64,000 nucleotides of DNA. It comes from Eledone cirrhosa (lineage: Eukaryota). The stretch is from NCBI GenBank assembly GCA_964016885.1, contig OZ024759.1, positions 20,522,001 through 20,586,000 of the forward strand, given 5' to 3'. The notes beneath the pieces were generated by a model that did no database searches, was not told where the DNA came from, and saw only the letters and a program-made list of their open reading frames with translations. The first letter of the stretch is position 1. Each line of letters begins with the position of its first letter. Shown here piece after piece: positions 25,701-39,300 of the stretch. Both the position numbers and the translations under genes were made by a program.

Positions 25701-28700
25701 CGGTCATTCGGTTCGGTCGTTCCGTTCGGCTCGGTTCGGTTCGGTTTCCGTCGATCATTCGGTTCGGGTCGGTTCGGTCGGTCGTTCCGTTCGTTTCGGG
25801 TCGGTCATTCGGGTCGGTCATTCGGTCGGTTCGGATTGGTCATTCGGTTCGGATCGGTCATTCGGTTCGGTTCGGATCGGGTCGGTCATTCGGTTCGGTT
25901 CCGGTTTGGTCATTCGGTCGGTCATTCGATTCGGGTCGGTCATTCGGTTCCGTTCGGTTTGGGTCCGTCATTCGGTTCCGTTCGGGTCGGTCATTCGGTC
26001 GTTCCGTTCGGTTCGGCCGGTCATTCGGTTCGGTTCGTGTCGGTCATTCGGTTCGGTTCGGTCGTTCCGTTCGGTTCGGTTCGGTCGTTCCGTTCGGTTC
26101 GGGTCGGTCATTCGGTTGGTTCGGATTGGTCATTCGGTTCGGATCGGTCGTTCGGTTCCGGTTTGGTCATTCGGTCGGTCATTCGGTTCGATTCCGGTCG
26201 GTCATTCGGTCGGTCGTTCGGTTCGGGTCGGTCATTCGGTTCGGTTCCGGTTTGGTCATTCGGTTCGATTCGGGTCGGTCATTCGGTTCCGTTCGGTTTG
26301 GGTCGGTTGTTCGCTTCGGTCCGGGTCGGTCATTCGGTCGTTCCGTTCGGTTCGGTTCGAGTCGGTCATTCGGTTCGGGTCGGTCATTCGGTTCGATTCG
26401 GGTCGGTCATTCGGTTCGGTTCGGGTCGGTCATTCGATTCGGTTCGGGTCGGTCATTCGGCTCAGTGATTCGGTTCGGCTCGGTTCGTTTCGGATCGGTC
26501 ATTCGGTTCGGTTCGGGTCGGTCATTCGGTTCGGCTCGGTCATTCGGTCGGTCATTCGGTTCGATTCCAGTCGGTCATTCGGTTCGGGTCGGTCATTCGG
26601 TCGGTCGTTCGGTTCGGGTCGGTCATTAGGTCGGTCATTCGGTTCGGGTCGGTCATTCGGTTCGGTTCGGGTCGGTCATTCGGTTCGGTTCGGGTCGGTC
26701 ATTCGATTCGGTTCGGGTCGGTCATTCGGCTCGGTGATTCGGTTCGGCTCGGTTCGTTTCGGATCGGTCATTCGGTTCGGTTCGGGTCGGTCATTCGGTT
26801 CGGCTCGGTCATTCGGTTCGGTCGTTCCGTTCGGTTAGGTTCGGGTCGGTCATTCGGTCGTTCCGTTCGGTTCGGTCATTCGGTCGTTCCGTTCGGTTCG
26901 GTCAGTCGGTCGGTCATTCGGCTCGGTTCGGATCAGGCCGGTCATTCGGTTCGGTTCGGTCATTCGGTTCGGTTCGGCTCGGTCATTCGGTTCGGTTCGT
27001 GTCGGTCATTTGGTTCGGTTCGGTCGTTCCGTTCGGTTCGGTTCGGGTCGGTCATTCGGTTCGTTTCGGTTCCGGTCGGTCATTCGGTTCGTTTCGGTTC
27101 CGGTCGATCATTCGGTTCGGTTCGGCTCGGTCATTCGGTTCGGTCGTTCCGTTCGGCTCGGCTCGGTTCGGTCGTTCCGTTCGGTTCGGTTCGGTTCCCG
27201 TCGATCATTCGGGTCGGTTCGGTCGTTCCGTTCGGTTCGGTTCGGGTCGGTCATTCGGTTCGGATCGGTCATTAGGTCGGTTCGGTTCGGATCGGTCATT
27301 CGGTTCGGATCGGGTCGGTCATTCGGTTCGGGTCGGTCATCCGGTTCGGGTCGGTCATTCGGTTCGGTTCGGGTCGGTCATTCGGTTCGGTCGTTCAGGT
27401 CGGACATTCGGTTCGTTTCGGTTCCGGTCGATCATTCGGTTCGGTCGTTCCGCTCGGTTCGGTTCGGTTCCCGTCGATCATTCGGTTCGTGTCGGTTCGG
27501 TCGGTCGTTCGGTTCGGGTCGGTCATTCGGTCGGTTCGGATTGGTCATTCGGTTCGGATCGGTCATTCGGTTCGGTTCGAGTCGGTCATTCTGTCGTTCC
27601 GTTCGGTTCGGTTCGAGTCGGTCATTCGGCCGGTCATTCGGTTCGAATCGGGTCGGTCATTCGGTTCGAATCGGGTCGGTCATTCGGTTCGGATCGGGTC
27701 GGTCATTCGGTTCGGTCATTTGGTTCGGTTCGGTTCTGGTCGGTCATTCGGTTCGGTTCGGGTCGGGTCGGTCATTCGGTTCGGTTCGGGTCGGTCATTC
27801 GGTCGGTCGTTCGGTTTGGGTCGGTCATTCGGTCGGTTCGGATTGGTCATTCGGTTCGGATCTGCCATTAGGTCGGTCATTCGGTTCCGTTCGGTTTGGG
27901 TCGGTCATTCGGTTCCGTTCGATTCGGTCGTTCCGTTCGGTTCGGTTCGAGTCGGTCATTCGGCCGGTCATTCGGTTCGGTTCGTGTCGGTCATTCGGTT
28001 CGGTTCGGTCGTTCCGTTCGGTTCGGTTCAGGTCGGTCATTCGGTTCGTTTCCGGTCGATCATTCGGGTCGGTTCGGTCGTTCGGTTCGGTTCGGTCGTT
28101 CCGTTCGGTTCGGGTCGGTCATTCGGTCGGTCGTTCGGTTCGGGTCGGTTGGTTCGGCTCGGTCATTCGGTTCGGTCGTTCTGTTCGGTTCGGGTCGGTC
28201 ATTCGGTCGTTCCGTTCGGTTCGGTTTTTCGGTCGGTCATTCGGCTCGGTTCGGATCGGGCCGGTCATTCGGTTCGGTTCGGGTCGGTCATTCGGTTCGG
28301 TTCGGCTCGGTCATTCGGTTCGGTTCGTGTCGGTCATTTGGTTCGGTTCGGTCGTTCTGTTCGGTTCGGTTCAGGTCGGTCATTCGGTTCGGTTCGGTTC
28401 CGGTCGATCATTCGGTTCGGTTCGGCTCGGTCATTCGGTTGGGTCGTTCGGTTCGGTTCGGTTCCCGTCGATCATTCGGTCCGGGTCGGTTCGGTCGTTC
28501 CGTTCGGTTCGGTTCGGGTCGGTCATTCGGTCGGTCGTTCGGTTCGGGTCGGTCATTCGGTCGGTTCGGATTGGTCATTCGGTTCGGATCGGTCATTCGG
28601 CTCGGTTCGGTTCGGATCGGTCATTCGGTTCGGTTCGGATCGGTCATTCGGTTCGGTTCGGGTCGGTCATTCGGTTCGGTTCGGGTCGGTCATTCGGTTC

Positions 28701-30330
28701 GGTTCGGGTCGGTCATTCGGTTCGGTTCGGGTCGGTCATTCGGTTCGGTTAGGCTCGGTCATTTGGTTCGGTTCGGTCGTTCCGTTCGGTTCGGTTCAGG
28801 TCGGACATTCGGTTCCGGTCGATCATTCGGTTCGGTTCAGCTCGGTCATTCGGTTCGGTCGTTCCGTTCGGTTCGGTTCCCGTCGATCATTCGGTTCGTG
28901 TCGGTTCGGTCGGTCGTTCGGTTCGGGTCGGTCATTCGGTCGGTTCGGATTGGTCATTCGGTTCGGATCGGTCATTAGGTCGGTCATTCGGTTCGGTTCG
29001 GATCGGGTCGGTCATTCGGTTCGGTTCCGGTTTGGTCATTCGGTCGGTCATTCGGTTCGATTCGGGTCGGTCATTCGGTTCCATTCGGTTTGGGTCGGTC
29101 ATTCAGTTCGGTTCGGGTCGGTCATTCTGTCGTTCCGTTCGCTCCGGTTCGAGTCGGTCATTCGGTTCGGTTCGGTTCGGGTCGGTCATTCGGTTCGGGT
29201 CGGTCATTTGGTTCGGTTCGTGTCGGTCATTCGGTTCGGTTCGGTCGTTCCGTTCGGTTCGTTTCCGGTCGTTCCGTTCGTTTCGTTTCCGGTCGGTCAT
29301 TCGGTTCGTTTCCGGTCGGTCATTCGGTTCGGATCGGGTCTGTCATTCGGTTCGGTCCGTGTCGGTCATTTGGTTCGGTTCGGTCGTTCCGTTCGGTTCG
29401 GTTCGTTTCGGTCATTCGGTTCGTTTCGGTTCCGGTCGATCATTCGGTTCGTTTCGGTTCCGGTCGATCATTCGGTTCGGCTCGGTCATTCGGTTCGGTC
29501 GTTCCGTTCGGCTCGGTTCGGTTCGGTTTCCGTCGATCATTCGGTTCGGGTCGGTTCGGTCGGTCGTTCCGTTCGTTTCGGGTCGGTCATTCGGGTCGGT
29601 CATTCGGTCGGTTCGGATTGGTCATTCGGTTCGGATCGGTCATTCGGTTCGGTTCGGATCGGGTCGGTCATTCGGTTCGGTTCCGGTTTGGTCATTCGGT
29701 CGGTCATTCGATTCGGGTCGGTCATTCGGTTCCGTTCGGTTTGGGTCCGTCATTCGGTTCCGTTCGGGTCGGTCATTCGGTCGTTCCGTTCGGTTCGGCC
29801 GGTCATTCGGTTCGGTTCGTGTCGGTCATTCGGTTCGGTTCGGTCGTTCCGTTCGGTTCGGTTCGGTCGTTCCGTTCGGTTCGGGTCGGTCATTCGGTTG
29901 GTTCGGATTGGTCATTCGGTTCGGATCGGTCGTTCGGTTCCGGTTTGGTCATTCGGTCGGTCATTCGGTTCGATTCCGGTCGGTCATTCGGTCGGTCGTT
30001 CGGTTCGGGTCGGTCATTCGGTTCGGTTCCGGTTTGGTCATTCGGTTCGATTCGGGTCGGTCATTCGGTTCCGTTCGGTTTGGGTCGGTTGTTCGCTTCG
30101 GTCCGGGTCGGTCATTCGGTCGTTCCGTTCGGTTCGGTTCGAGTCGGTCATTCGGTTCGGGTCGGTCATTCGGTTCGATTCGGGTCGGTCATTCGGTTCG
30201 GTTCGGGTCGGTCATTCGATTCGGTTCGGGTCGGTCATTCGGCTCAGTGATTCGGTTCGGCTCGGTTCGTTTCGGATCGGTCATTCGGTTCGGTTCGGGT
30301 CGGTCATTCGGTTCGGCTCGGTCATTCGGT
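22756..30330 (+). repeat. Near-identical tandem duplication, unit 3,782 bp (copy 1 ~22,756-26,537; copy 2 ~26,538-30,319)
   Basis: ORF-track pairs are offset by exactly 3,782 (23217/26999, 23228/27010, 24114/27896, 25308/29090). The rare variant GATTCCAGTC occurs at 22,781 and 26,563. One visible difference: A at 24,611 vs T at 28,393. Confidence 0.95.
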
Positions 30331-33300
30331 TCGGTCGTTCCGTTCGGTTAGGTTCGGGTCGGTCATTCGGTCGTTCCGTTCGGTTCGGTCATTCGGTCGT
30401 TCCGTTCGGTTCGGTCATTCGGTCGGTCATTCGGCTCGGTTCGGATCGGGCCGGTCATTCGGTTCGGTTCGGTCATTCGGTTCGGTTCGGCTCGGTCATT
30501 CGGTTCGGTTCGTCTCGGTCATTTGGTTCGGTTCGGTCGTTCCGTTCGGTTCGGTTCAGGTCGGTCATTCGGTTCGTTTCGGTTCCGGTCGATCATTCGG
30601 TTCGGTTCGGCTCGGTCATTCGTTTCGGTCGTTCCGTTCGGCTCGGTTCGGTTCGGTCGTTCCGTTCGGTTCGGTTCGGTTCCCGTCGATCATTCGGGTC
30701 GGTTCGGTCGTTCCGTTCGGTTCGGTTCGGGTCGGTCATTCGGTCGGTCATTCGGTTCGGATCGGTCATTAGGTCGGTTCGGTTCGGATCGGTCATTCGG
30801 TTCGGATCGGGTCGGTCATTCGGTTCGGGTCGGTCATCCGGTTCGGGTCGGTCATTCGGTTCGGTTCGGGTCGGTCATTCGGTTCGGTTCGGTCGTTCAG
30901 GTCGGACATTCGGTTCGTTTCGGTTCCGGTCGATCATTCGGTTCGGTCGTTCCGCTCGGTTCGGTTCGATTCTCGTCGATCATTAGGTTCGTGTCGGTTC
31001 GGTCGGTCGTTCGGTTCGGGTCGGTCATTCGGTCGGTTCGGATTGGTCATTCGTTTCGGATCGGTCATTCGGTTCGGTTCGAGTCGGTCATTCTGTCGTT
31101 CCGTTCGGTTCGGTTCGAGTCGGTCATTCGGCCGGTCATTCGGTTCGAATCGGGTCGGTCATTCGGTTCGGATCGGGTCGGTCATTCGGTTCGGTTCGGG
31201 TCGGTCATTTGGTTCGGTTCGGTTCGGTCATTCGGTTCGGTTCGGGTCGGTCATTCGGTCGGTCGTTCGGTTTGGGTCGGTCATTCGGTCGGTTCGGATT
31301 GGTCATTCGGTTCGGATCTGTCATTAGGTCGGTCATTCGGTTCGGTTCCGATTTGGTCATTCGGTTCGATTCGGGTCGGTCATTCGGTTCCGTTCGGTTT
31401 GGGTCGGTCATTCGGTTCCGTTCGGTTTGGGTCGGTCATTCGGTTCGGTTCGGGTCGGTCATTCGGTCGTTCCGTTCGGGTCGGGTCGGTCATTCGTTTC
31501 GGTTCGGGTCGGTCATTCGGTTCGGTTCGGGTCGGTCATTCGGCTCGGTGATTCGGTTCGGTTCGGGTCGTTCTGTTCGGTTAGGTTCGGGTCGGTCATT
31601 CGGTTCGGGTCGTTCCGTTCGGTTAGGTTCGGTTCGGACGTTCCGTTCGGCTCGGTTCGGTTCGGTCGTTCCGTTCGGTTCGGTTCGGGTCGGTCATTCG
31701 GTCGGTTCGGATTGGTCATTCGGTTCGGATCTGTCATTAGGTCGGTCATTCGGTCATTCAGTTCGGATCGGGTCGGTCATTCAGTTCGGTTCGGGTCGGT
31801 CATTCGGTTCGGGTCGGTCATTCGGTTCGGGTCGGTCATTCGGTTCGGTCGTTCCGTTCGGTTCGGTTCAGGTCGGACATTCGGTTCGTTTCGGTTCCGG
31901 TCGATCATTCGGTTCGGTTCCGGTCGGTCATTCGGTTCGGTCGTTCCGCTCGGTTCGGTTCGGTTCCCGTCGATCATTCGGTTCGTGTCGGTTCGGTCGG
32001 TCGTTCGGTTCGGGTCGGTCATTCGGTCGGTTCGGATTCGTCATTCGGTTCGGATCGGTCATTAGGTCGGTCATTCGGTTCGGATCGGGTCGGTCATTCG
32101 GTTCGGTTCCGGTTTGGTCATTCGGTCGGTCATTCGGGTCGGTCATTCGGTTCCGTTCGGTTTGGGTCGGTCATTCGGGTCGGTCATTCGGTCGGTCATT
32201 CGGTTCCGTTCGGTTTGGGTCGGTCATTCGGTACTGTTCGGGTCGGTCATTCGGTCGTTCCGTTCGGTTCGGCCGGTCATTCGGTTCGGTTCGTGTCGGT
32301 CATTCGGTTCGGTCGTTCCGTTCGGTTCGGTTCCGGTCGATCATTCGGTTCGGTTCAGCTCGGTCATTCGGTTCGGTCGTTCCGCTCGGTTCGGTTCGGT
32401 TCCCGTCGATCATTCGGTTCGTGTCGGTTCGGTCGGTCGTTTGGTTCGGGTCGGTCACTCGGTCGGTTCGGATCGGTCATTAGGTCGATCATTCGGTTCG
32501 GATCGGGTCGGTCATTCAGTTCGGTTCGGCTCGGTCATTCGGTTCGGTTCGGCTCGGTCATTCGGTTCGGTTCGGTTCGTGTCGGTCATTTGGTTCGGTT
32601 CGGTCGTTCCGTTCGGTTCGGTTCAGGTCGGTCATTCGGTTCGTTTCGGTTCCGGTCGATCATTCGGTTCCGGTCGATCATTCGGTTCGGCTCGGTCATT
32701 CGGTTCGGTCGTTCCGTTCGGCTCGGTTCGGTTTGGTCGTTCCGTTCGGCTCGGTTCGGTTCGGTCGTTCCGTTCGGCTCGGTTCGGTTCCCGTCGATCA
32801 TTCGGGTCGGTTCGGTCGGTCGGTTCGGTCGTTCCGTTCGTTTCGGGCCGGTCATTCGGTTCGAATCGGTCGTTCCGTTCGGTTCGTTTCCGGTCGGTCA
32901 TTCGGTTCGTTTCCGGTCGGTCATTCGGTTCGTTTCCGGTCGGTCATTCGGTTCGTTTCCGGTCGGTTTCGGTTCGTTTCCGGTCGGTCATTCGGTTCGT
33001 TTCCGGTCGGTCATTCGGTTCGGTTCGGCTCGGTCATTCGGTTCGGTTCGGCTCGGTCATTCGGTTCGGTTCGTGTCGGTCATTCGGTTCGGTTCGGTCG
33101 TTCCGTACGGTTCGGTTCAGGTCGGTCATTCGGTTCGTTTCGGTTCCGGTCGATCATTCGGTTCGTTTCGGTTCCGGTCGATCATTCGGTTCGGCTCGGT
33201 CATTCGGTTCGGTCGTTCCGTTCGGCTCGGTTCGGTTCGGTCGCTCCGTTCGGCTCGGTTCAGGTCGGACATTCGGTTCGTTTCGGTTCCGGTCGATCAT

Positions 33301-36300
33301 TCGGTTCGGTTCAGCTCGGTCATTCGGTTCGGTCGTTCCGTTCGGCTCGGTTCGGTTCGGTTCCCGTCGATCATTCGGTTCGTGTCGGTTCGGTCGGTCG
33401 TTCGGTTCGGGTCGGTCATTCGGTCGGTTCGGATTGGTCATTCGGTTCGGATCGGTCATTAGGTCGGTCATTCGGTTCGGTTCGGATCGGGTCGGTCATT
33501 CGGTTCGGTTCCGGTTTGGTCATTCGGTCGGTCATTCGGTTCGATTCGGGTCGGTCATTCGGTTCCGTTCGGTTTGGGTCGGTCATTCAGTTCGGTTCGG
33601 GTCGGTCATTCTGTCGTTCCGTTCGGTTCGGTTCGAGTCGGTCATTCGGTTCGGATCGGTCATTCGGTTCGGTTCGGATCGGGTCGGTCATTCGGTTCGG
33701 ATCGGATCGGGTCGGTCATTCGGTTCGGTTCGGGTCGGTCATTTGGTTCGGTTCGTGTCGGTCATTCGGTTCGGTTCGGTCGTTCCGTTCGGTTCGTTTC
33801 CGGTCGTTCCGTTCGGTTCGTTTCCGGTCGGTCATTCGGTTCGTTTCCGGTCGGTCATTCGGTTCGGATCGGGTCGGTCATTCGGTTCGGTCCGTGTCGG
33901 TCATTTGGTTCGGTTCGGTCGTTCCGTTCGGTTCGGTTCATGTCGGTCATTCGGTTCGTTTCGGTTCCGGTCGATCATTCGGTTCGGCTCGGTCATTCGG
34001 TTCGGTCGTTCCGTTCGGCTCGGTTCGGTTCGGTTCGGTTCCCGTCGATCATTCGGTTCGGGTCGGTTCGGTCGGTCGGTTCGGTCGTTCCGTTCGTTTC
34101 GGGTCGGTCATTCGGTCGGTTCGGATTGGTCATTCGGTTCGGATCGGTCATTAGGTCGGTCATTCGGTTCGGTTCGGATCGGGTCGTCATTCGGTTCGGT
34201 TCCGGTTTGGTCATTCGGTCGGTCATTCGGTCATTCGGTTCCGTTCGGTTTGGGTCGGTCATTCGGTTCCGTTCGGGTCGGTCGTTCCGTTCGGTTTGGC
34301 CGGTCATTCGGTTCGGTTCGTGTCGGTCATTCGGTTCGGTCGTTCCGTTCGGTTCGGTTCAGGTCGGTCATTCGGTTCGTTTCCGGTCGATCATTCGGAT
34401 CGGTTCGGTCGTTCCGTTCGGTTCGGTCATTCGGTTCGGTCATTCGTTGGTTCGGATTGGTCATTCGGTTCGGATCGGTCATTCGGTTCGGTTCGGATCG
34501 GGTCGGTCATTCGGTTCGGTTCCGGTTTGGTCATTCGGTCGGTCATTCGGTTCGATTCCAGTCGGTCATTCGGTTCCGTTCGGTTCGGGTCGGTCATTCG
34601 GTAGGTCGTTCGGTTCGGGTCGGTCATTAGGTCGGTCATTCGGTTCGGTTCCGGTTTGGTCATTCGGTTCGATTCGGGTCGGTCATTCGGTTCCGTTCGG
34701 TTTGCGTCGGTCATTCGGTTCGGTTCGGGTCGGTCATTCGGTCGTTCCGTTCGGTTCGGTTCGAGTCGGTCATTCGGCCGGTCATTCGGTTCGGGTCGGT
34801 CATTCGGTTCGGTTCGGGTCGGTCATTCGGTTCGGTTCGGGTCGGTCATTCGGCTCGGTGATTCGGTTCGGCTCGGTTCGGTTCGTTTCGGATCGGTCAT
34901 TCGGTTCGGTTCGGGTCGGTCATTCGGTTCGGCTCGGTCATTCGGTTCGGTCGTTCCGTTCGGTTAGGTTCGGGTCGGTCATTCGGTCGTTCGGCTCGGT
35001 TCGGATCGTGCCGGTCATTCGGTTCGGTTCGGGTCGGTCATTCGGTTCGGTTCGGCTCGGTCATTCGGTTCGGTTCGTGTCAGTCATTTGGTTCGGTTCG
35101 GTGGTTCGGTTCGGTTCGGTTCAGGTCGGTCGTTCGGTTCGTTTCGGTTCCGGTCGGTCATTCGGTTCGTTTCGGTTCCGGTCGATCATTCGGTTCGGTT
35201 CGGCTCGGTCGTTCGGTCGTTCCGTTCGGTTCGGTTCGGTCGTTCCGTTCGGTTCGGTCGTTCCGTTCGGTTCGGTTCGGTTCCCGTCGATCATTCGGGT
35301 CGGTTCGGTCGTTCCGTTCGGTTCGGTTCGGGTCGGTCATTCGGTCGGTCATTCGGTCGGTTCGGATTGGTCATTCGGTTCGGATCGGTTATTAGGTCGG
35401 TTCGGTTCGGATCGGTCATTCGGTTCGGATCGGGTCGGTCATTCGGTTCGGTTCGGGTCGGTCATCCGGTTCGGTTCGGGTCGGTCATCCGGTTCGGTTC
35501 GGGTCGGTCATTCGGTTCGGTCGCTCCGCTCGGTTCGGTTCCCGTCGATCATTCGGTTCGTGTCGGTTCGGTCGGTCGTTCGGTTCGGGTCGGTCATTCG
35601 GTCGGTTCGGATTGGTCATTCGGTTCGGATCGGTCATTCGGTTCGGTTCGAGTCGGTCATTCGGTTCGGATCGGTCATTCGGTTCGGTTCGAGTCGGTCA
35701 TTCTGTCGTTCCGTTCGGTTCGGTTCGAGTCGGTCATTCGGTTCGAATCGGGTCGGTCATTCGGTTCGGTTCGGGTCGGTCATTTGGTTCGGTTCGGTTC
35801 GGGTCGGTCATTCGGTTCGGTTCGGGTCGGTCATTCGGTCGGTCGTTCGGTTTGGGTCGGTCATTCGGTCGGTTCGGATTGGTCATTCGGTTCGGATCTG
35901 TCATTAGGTCGGTCATTCGGTTCGGTTCCGATTTGGTCATTCGGTTCGATTCGGGTCGGTCATTCGGTTCCGTTCGGTTTGGGTTGGTCATTCGGTTCGG
36001 TTCGGGTCGGGTCGGTCATTCGTTTCGGTTCGGGTCGGTCATTCGGTTCGCTTCGGGTCGGTCATTCGGCTCGGTGATTCGGTTCGGTTCGTTTCGGATC
36101 GGTCATTCGGTTCGGGTCGTTCCGTTCGGTTAGGTTCGGGTCGGTCATTCGGTTCGGTCGTTCCGTTCGGCTCGGTTCGGTTCGGTCGTTCCGTTCGGCT
36201 CGGTTCGGTCGTTCCGTTCGGCTCGGTTCGGTCGTTCCGTTCGGTTCGGTTCCCGTCGATCATTCGGGTCGGTTCGGTCGTTCTGTTCGGTTCCGTTCGG

Positions 36301-39300
36301 GTCGGTCATTCGGTCGGTCATTCGGTCGGTTCGGATTGGTCATTCGGTTCGGATCTGTCATTAGGTCGGTCATTCAGTTCGGATCGGGTCGGTCATTCGG
36401 TTCGGGTCGGTCATTCGGTTCGGTTCGGTCGTTCCATTCGGTTCGGTTCAGGTCGATCATTCGGTTCGTTTCGGTTCCGGTCGGTCATTCGGTTCGGTCG
36501 TTCCGCTCGGTTCGTGTCGGTTCGGTCGGTCGTTCGGTTCGGGTCGGTCATTCGGTCGGTTCGGATTGGTCATTCGGTTCGGATCGGTCATTAGGTCGGT
36601 CATTCGGTTCGGATCGGGTCGGTCATTCGGTTCGGTTCCGGTTTGGTCATTCGGTCGGTCATTCGGTCATTCGGTCGGTCATTCGGTTCGATTCGGGTCG
36701 GTCATTCGGTTCCGTTCGGTTTGGGTCGGTCATTCGGTTCGTGTCGGTCATTCGGTTCGTGTCGGTCATTCGGTTCGTGTCGGTCATTTGGTTCGGTTCG
36801 GTCGTTCCGTACGGTTCGGTTCAGGTCGGTCATTCGGTTCGTTTCGGTTCCGGTCGATCATTCGGTTCGGCTTGGTCATTCGGTTCGGTCGTTCCGTTCG
36901 GCTCGGTTCGGTTCGGTCGCTCCGTTCGGCTCGGTTCGGTTCGGTCGTTCCGTTCGGCTCGGTTCGGTTCCCGTCGATCATTCGGTTCGGGTCGGTCGGT
37001 TCCGTCGTTCCGTTCGTTTCGGGTCGGTCATTCGGTCGGTTCGGATTGGTCATTCGGTTCGGATCGGTCATTAGGTCGGTCATTCGGTTCGGATCGGTCA
37101 TTAGGTCGGTCATTCGGTTCGGTTCGGATCGGGCCGGTCATTCGGTTCGGTTCCGGTTTGGTCATTCGGTCGGTCATTCGGTCGGTCATTCGGTTCCGTT
37201 CGGTTTGGGTCGGTCATTCGGTTCCGTTCGGGTCGGTCATTCGGTCGTTCCGTTCGGTTCGGCCGGTCATTCGGTTCGGTCCTTCCGTTCGGTTCGGTTC
37301 AGGTCGATCATTCGGGTCGGTTCTGTCGTTCGGTTCGGGTCGGTCATTCGGTCGGTCATTCGGCTCGGTCATTCGGTCGGTCATTCGGCTCGGTTCGGAT
37401 CGGTCATTCGGTTCGGTTCGGCTCGGTCATTCGGTTCGGTTTGGTTCGGTCGTTCCGTTCGGTTCGGTTCAGTCGTTCGGTTCGGTTCAGGTCGGTCATT
37501 CGGTTCGGTTCGGTTCCGGTCGGTCATTCGGTTCGTTTCGGTTCCGGTCGATCATTCGGTTCGGTTCGGCTCGGTCATACCGGTTCGGTCTTTCCGTTCG
37601 GCTCGGCTCGGTTCGGTCGTTCCGTTCGGCTCGGTTCGGATTGGTCATTAGGTTCGGATCGGTCATTCGGCTCGGTTCGGTTCGGATCGGTCATTCGGTT
37701 CGGATCGGGTCGGTCATTCGGCTCGGGTCGGTCATTCGGTTCGGTCGTTCCGTTCGGTTCGGTTCAGGTCGGACATTCTGTTCGTTTCGGTTCCGGTCGA
37801 TCATTCGGTTCGTTTCGGTTCCGGTCGATCATTCGGTTCGGTTCAGCTCGGTCATTCGGTTCGGTCGTTCCGTTCGGTTCGGTCGGTCGTTCGGTTCGGG
37901 TCGGTCATTCGGTCGGTTCGGATTGGTCATTTGGTTCGGATCGGTCATTAGGTCGGTGGTTCGGATCGGGTCGGTCATTCGGTTCGGTTCGGTTTGGGTC
38001 GGTCATTCGGTCGTTCCGTTCGGTTCGGTTCGAGTCGGTCATTCGGTTCGGTTCGTGTCGGTCATTCGGTTCGGTTCGGTCGTTCCGTTCGGTTCGGTTC
38101 AGGTCGGTCATTCGGGTCGGTTCGGTCGTTCGGTTCGGTTCGGTCGTTCCGTTCGGTTCGGGTCGGTCATTCGGTCGGTCGTTCGGTTCGGGTCGGTCAT
38201 TCGGTTGGTTCGGCTCGGTCATTCGGTTCGGTCGTTCTGTTCGGTTCGGTTCGGGTCGGTCATTCGGTCGTTCCGTTCGGTTCGGTTTTTCGGTCGGTCA
38301 TTCGGTTCGGATCGGGCCGGTCATTCGGTTCGGTTCGGCTCGGTCATTCGGTTCGGTTCGTGTCGGTCATTTGGTTCGGTTCGGTCGTTCCGTTCAGTTC
38401 GGTTCAGGTCGGTCATTCGGTTCGTTTCGGTTCCGGTCGATCATTCGGTTCGGTTCGGCTCGGTCATTCGGTTCGGTCGTTCCGTTCGGTTCGGTTCGGG
38501 TCGGTCATTCGGTCGGTCGTTCGGTTCGGGTCGGTCATTCGGTTCGGATCGGTCATTCGGACGGTTCGGTTCGGATCGGTCATTCGGTTCGGTTCGGATC
38601 GGTCATTCGGTTCGGTTCGGGTCGGTCATTCGGTTCGGTTCGGGTCGGTCATTCGGTTCGGTTGGGCTCGGTCATTTGGTTCGGTTCGGTCGTTCCGTTC
38701 GGTTCGGTTCAGGTCGGACATTCGGTTCGTTTCGGTTCCGGTCGATCATTCGGTTCGGTTCAGCTCGGTCATTCGGTTCGGTCGTTCGGTTCGGTTCCCG
38801 TCGATCATTCGGTTCGTGTCGGTTCGGTCGGTCGTTCGGTTCGGGTCGGTCATTCGGTCGGTTCGGATTGGTCATTCGGTTCGGATCGGTCATTAGGTCG
38901 GTCATTCGGTTCGGTTCGGATCGGGTCGGTCATTCGGTTCGGTTCGAGTCGGTCATTCTGTCGTTCCGTTCGGTTCGGTTCGAGTCGGTCATTCGGTTCG
39001 AATCGTGTCGGTCATTCGGTTCGGTTCGGGTCGGTCATTTGGTTCGGTTCGGTTCGGGTCGGTCATTCGGTTCGGTTCGGGTCGGTCATTCGGTCGGTCG
39101 TTCGGTTTGGGTCGGTCATTCGGTCGGTTCGGATTGGTCATTCGGTTCGGATCTGTCATTAGGTCGGTCATTCGGTTCGGTTCCGATTTGGTCATTCGGT
39201 TCGATTCGGGTCGGTCATTCGGTTCCGTTCGGTTTGGGTTGGTCATTCGGTTCGGTTCGGGTCGGGTCGGTCATTCGTTTCGGTTCGGGTCGGTCATTCG

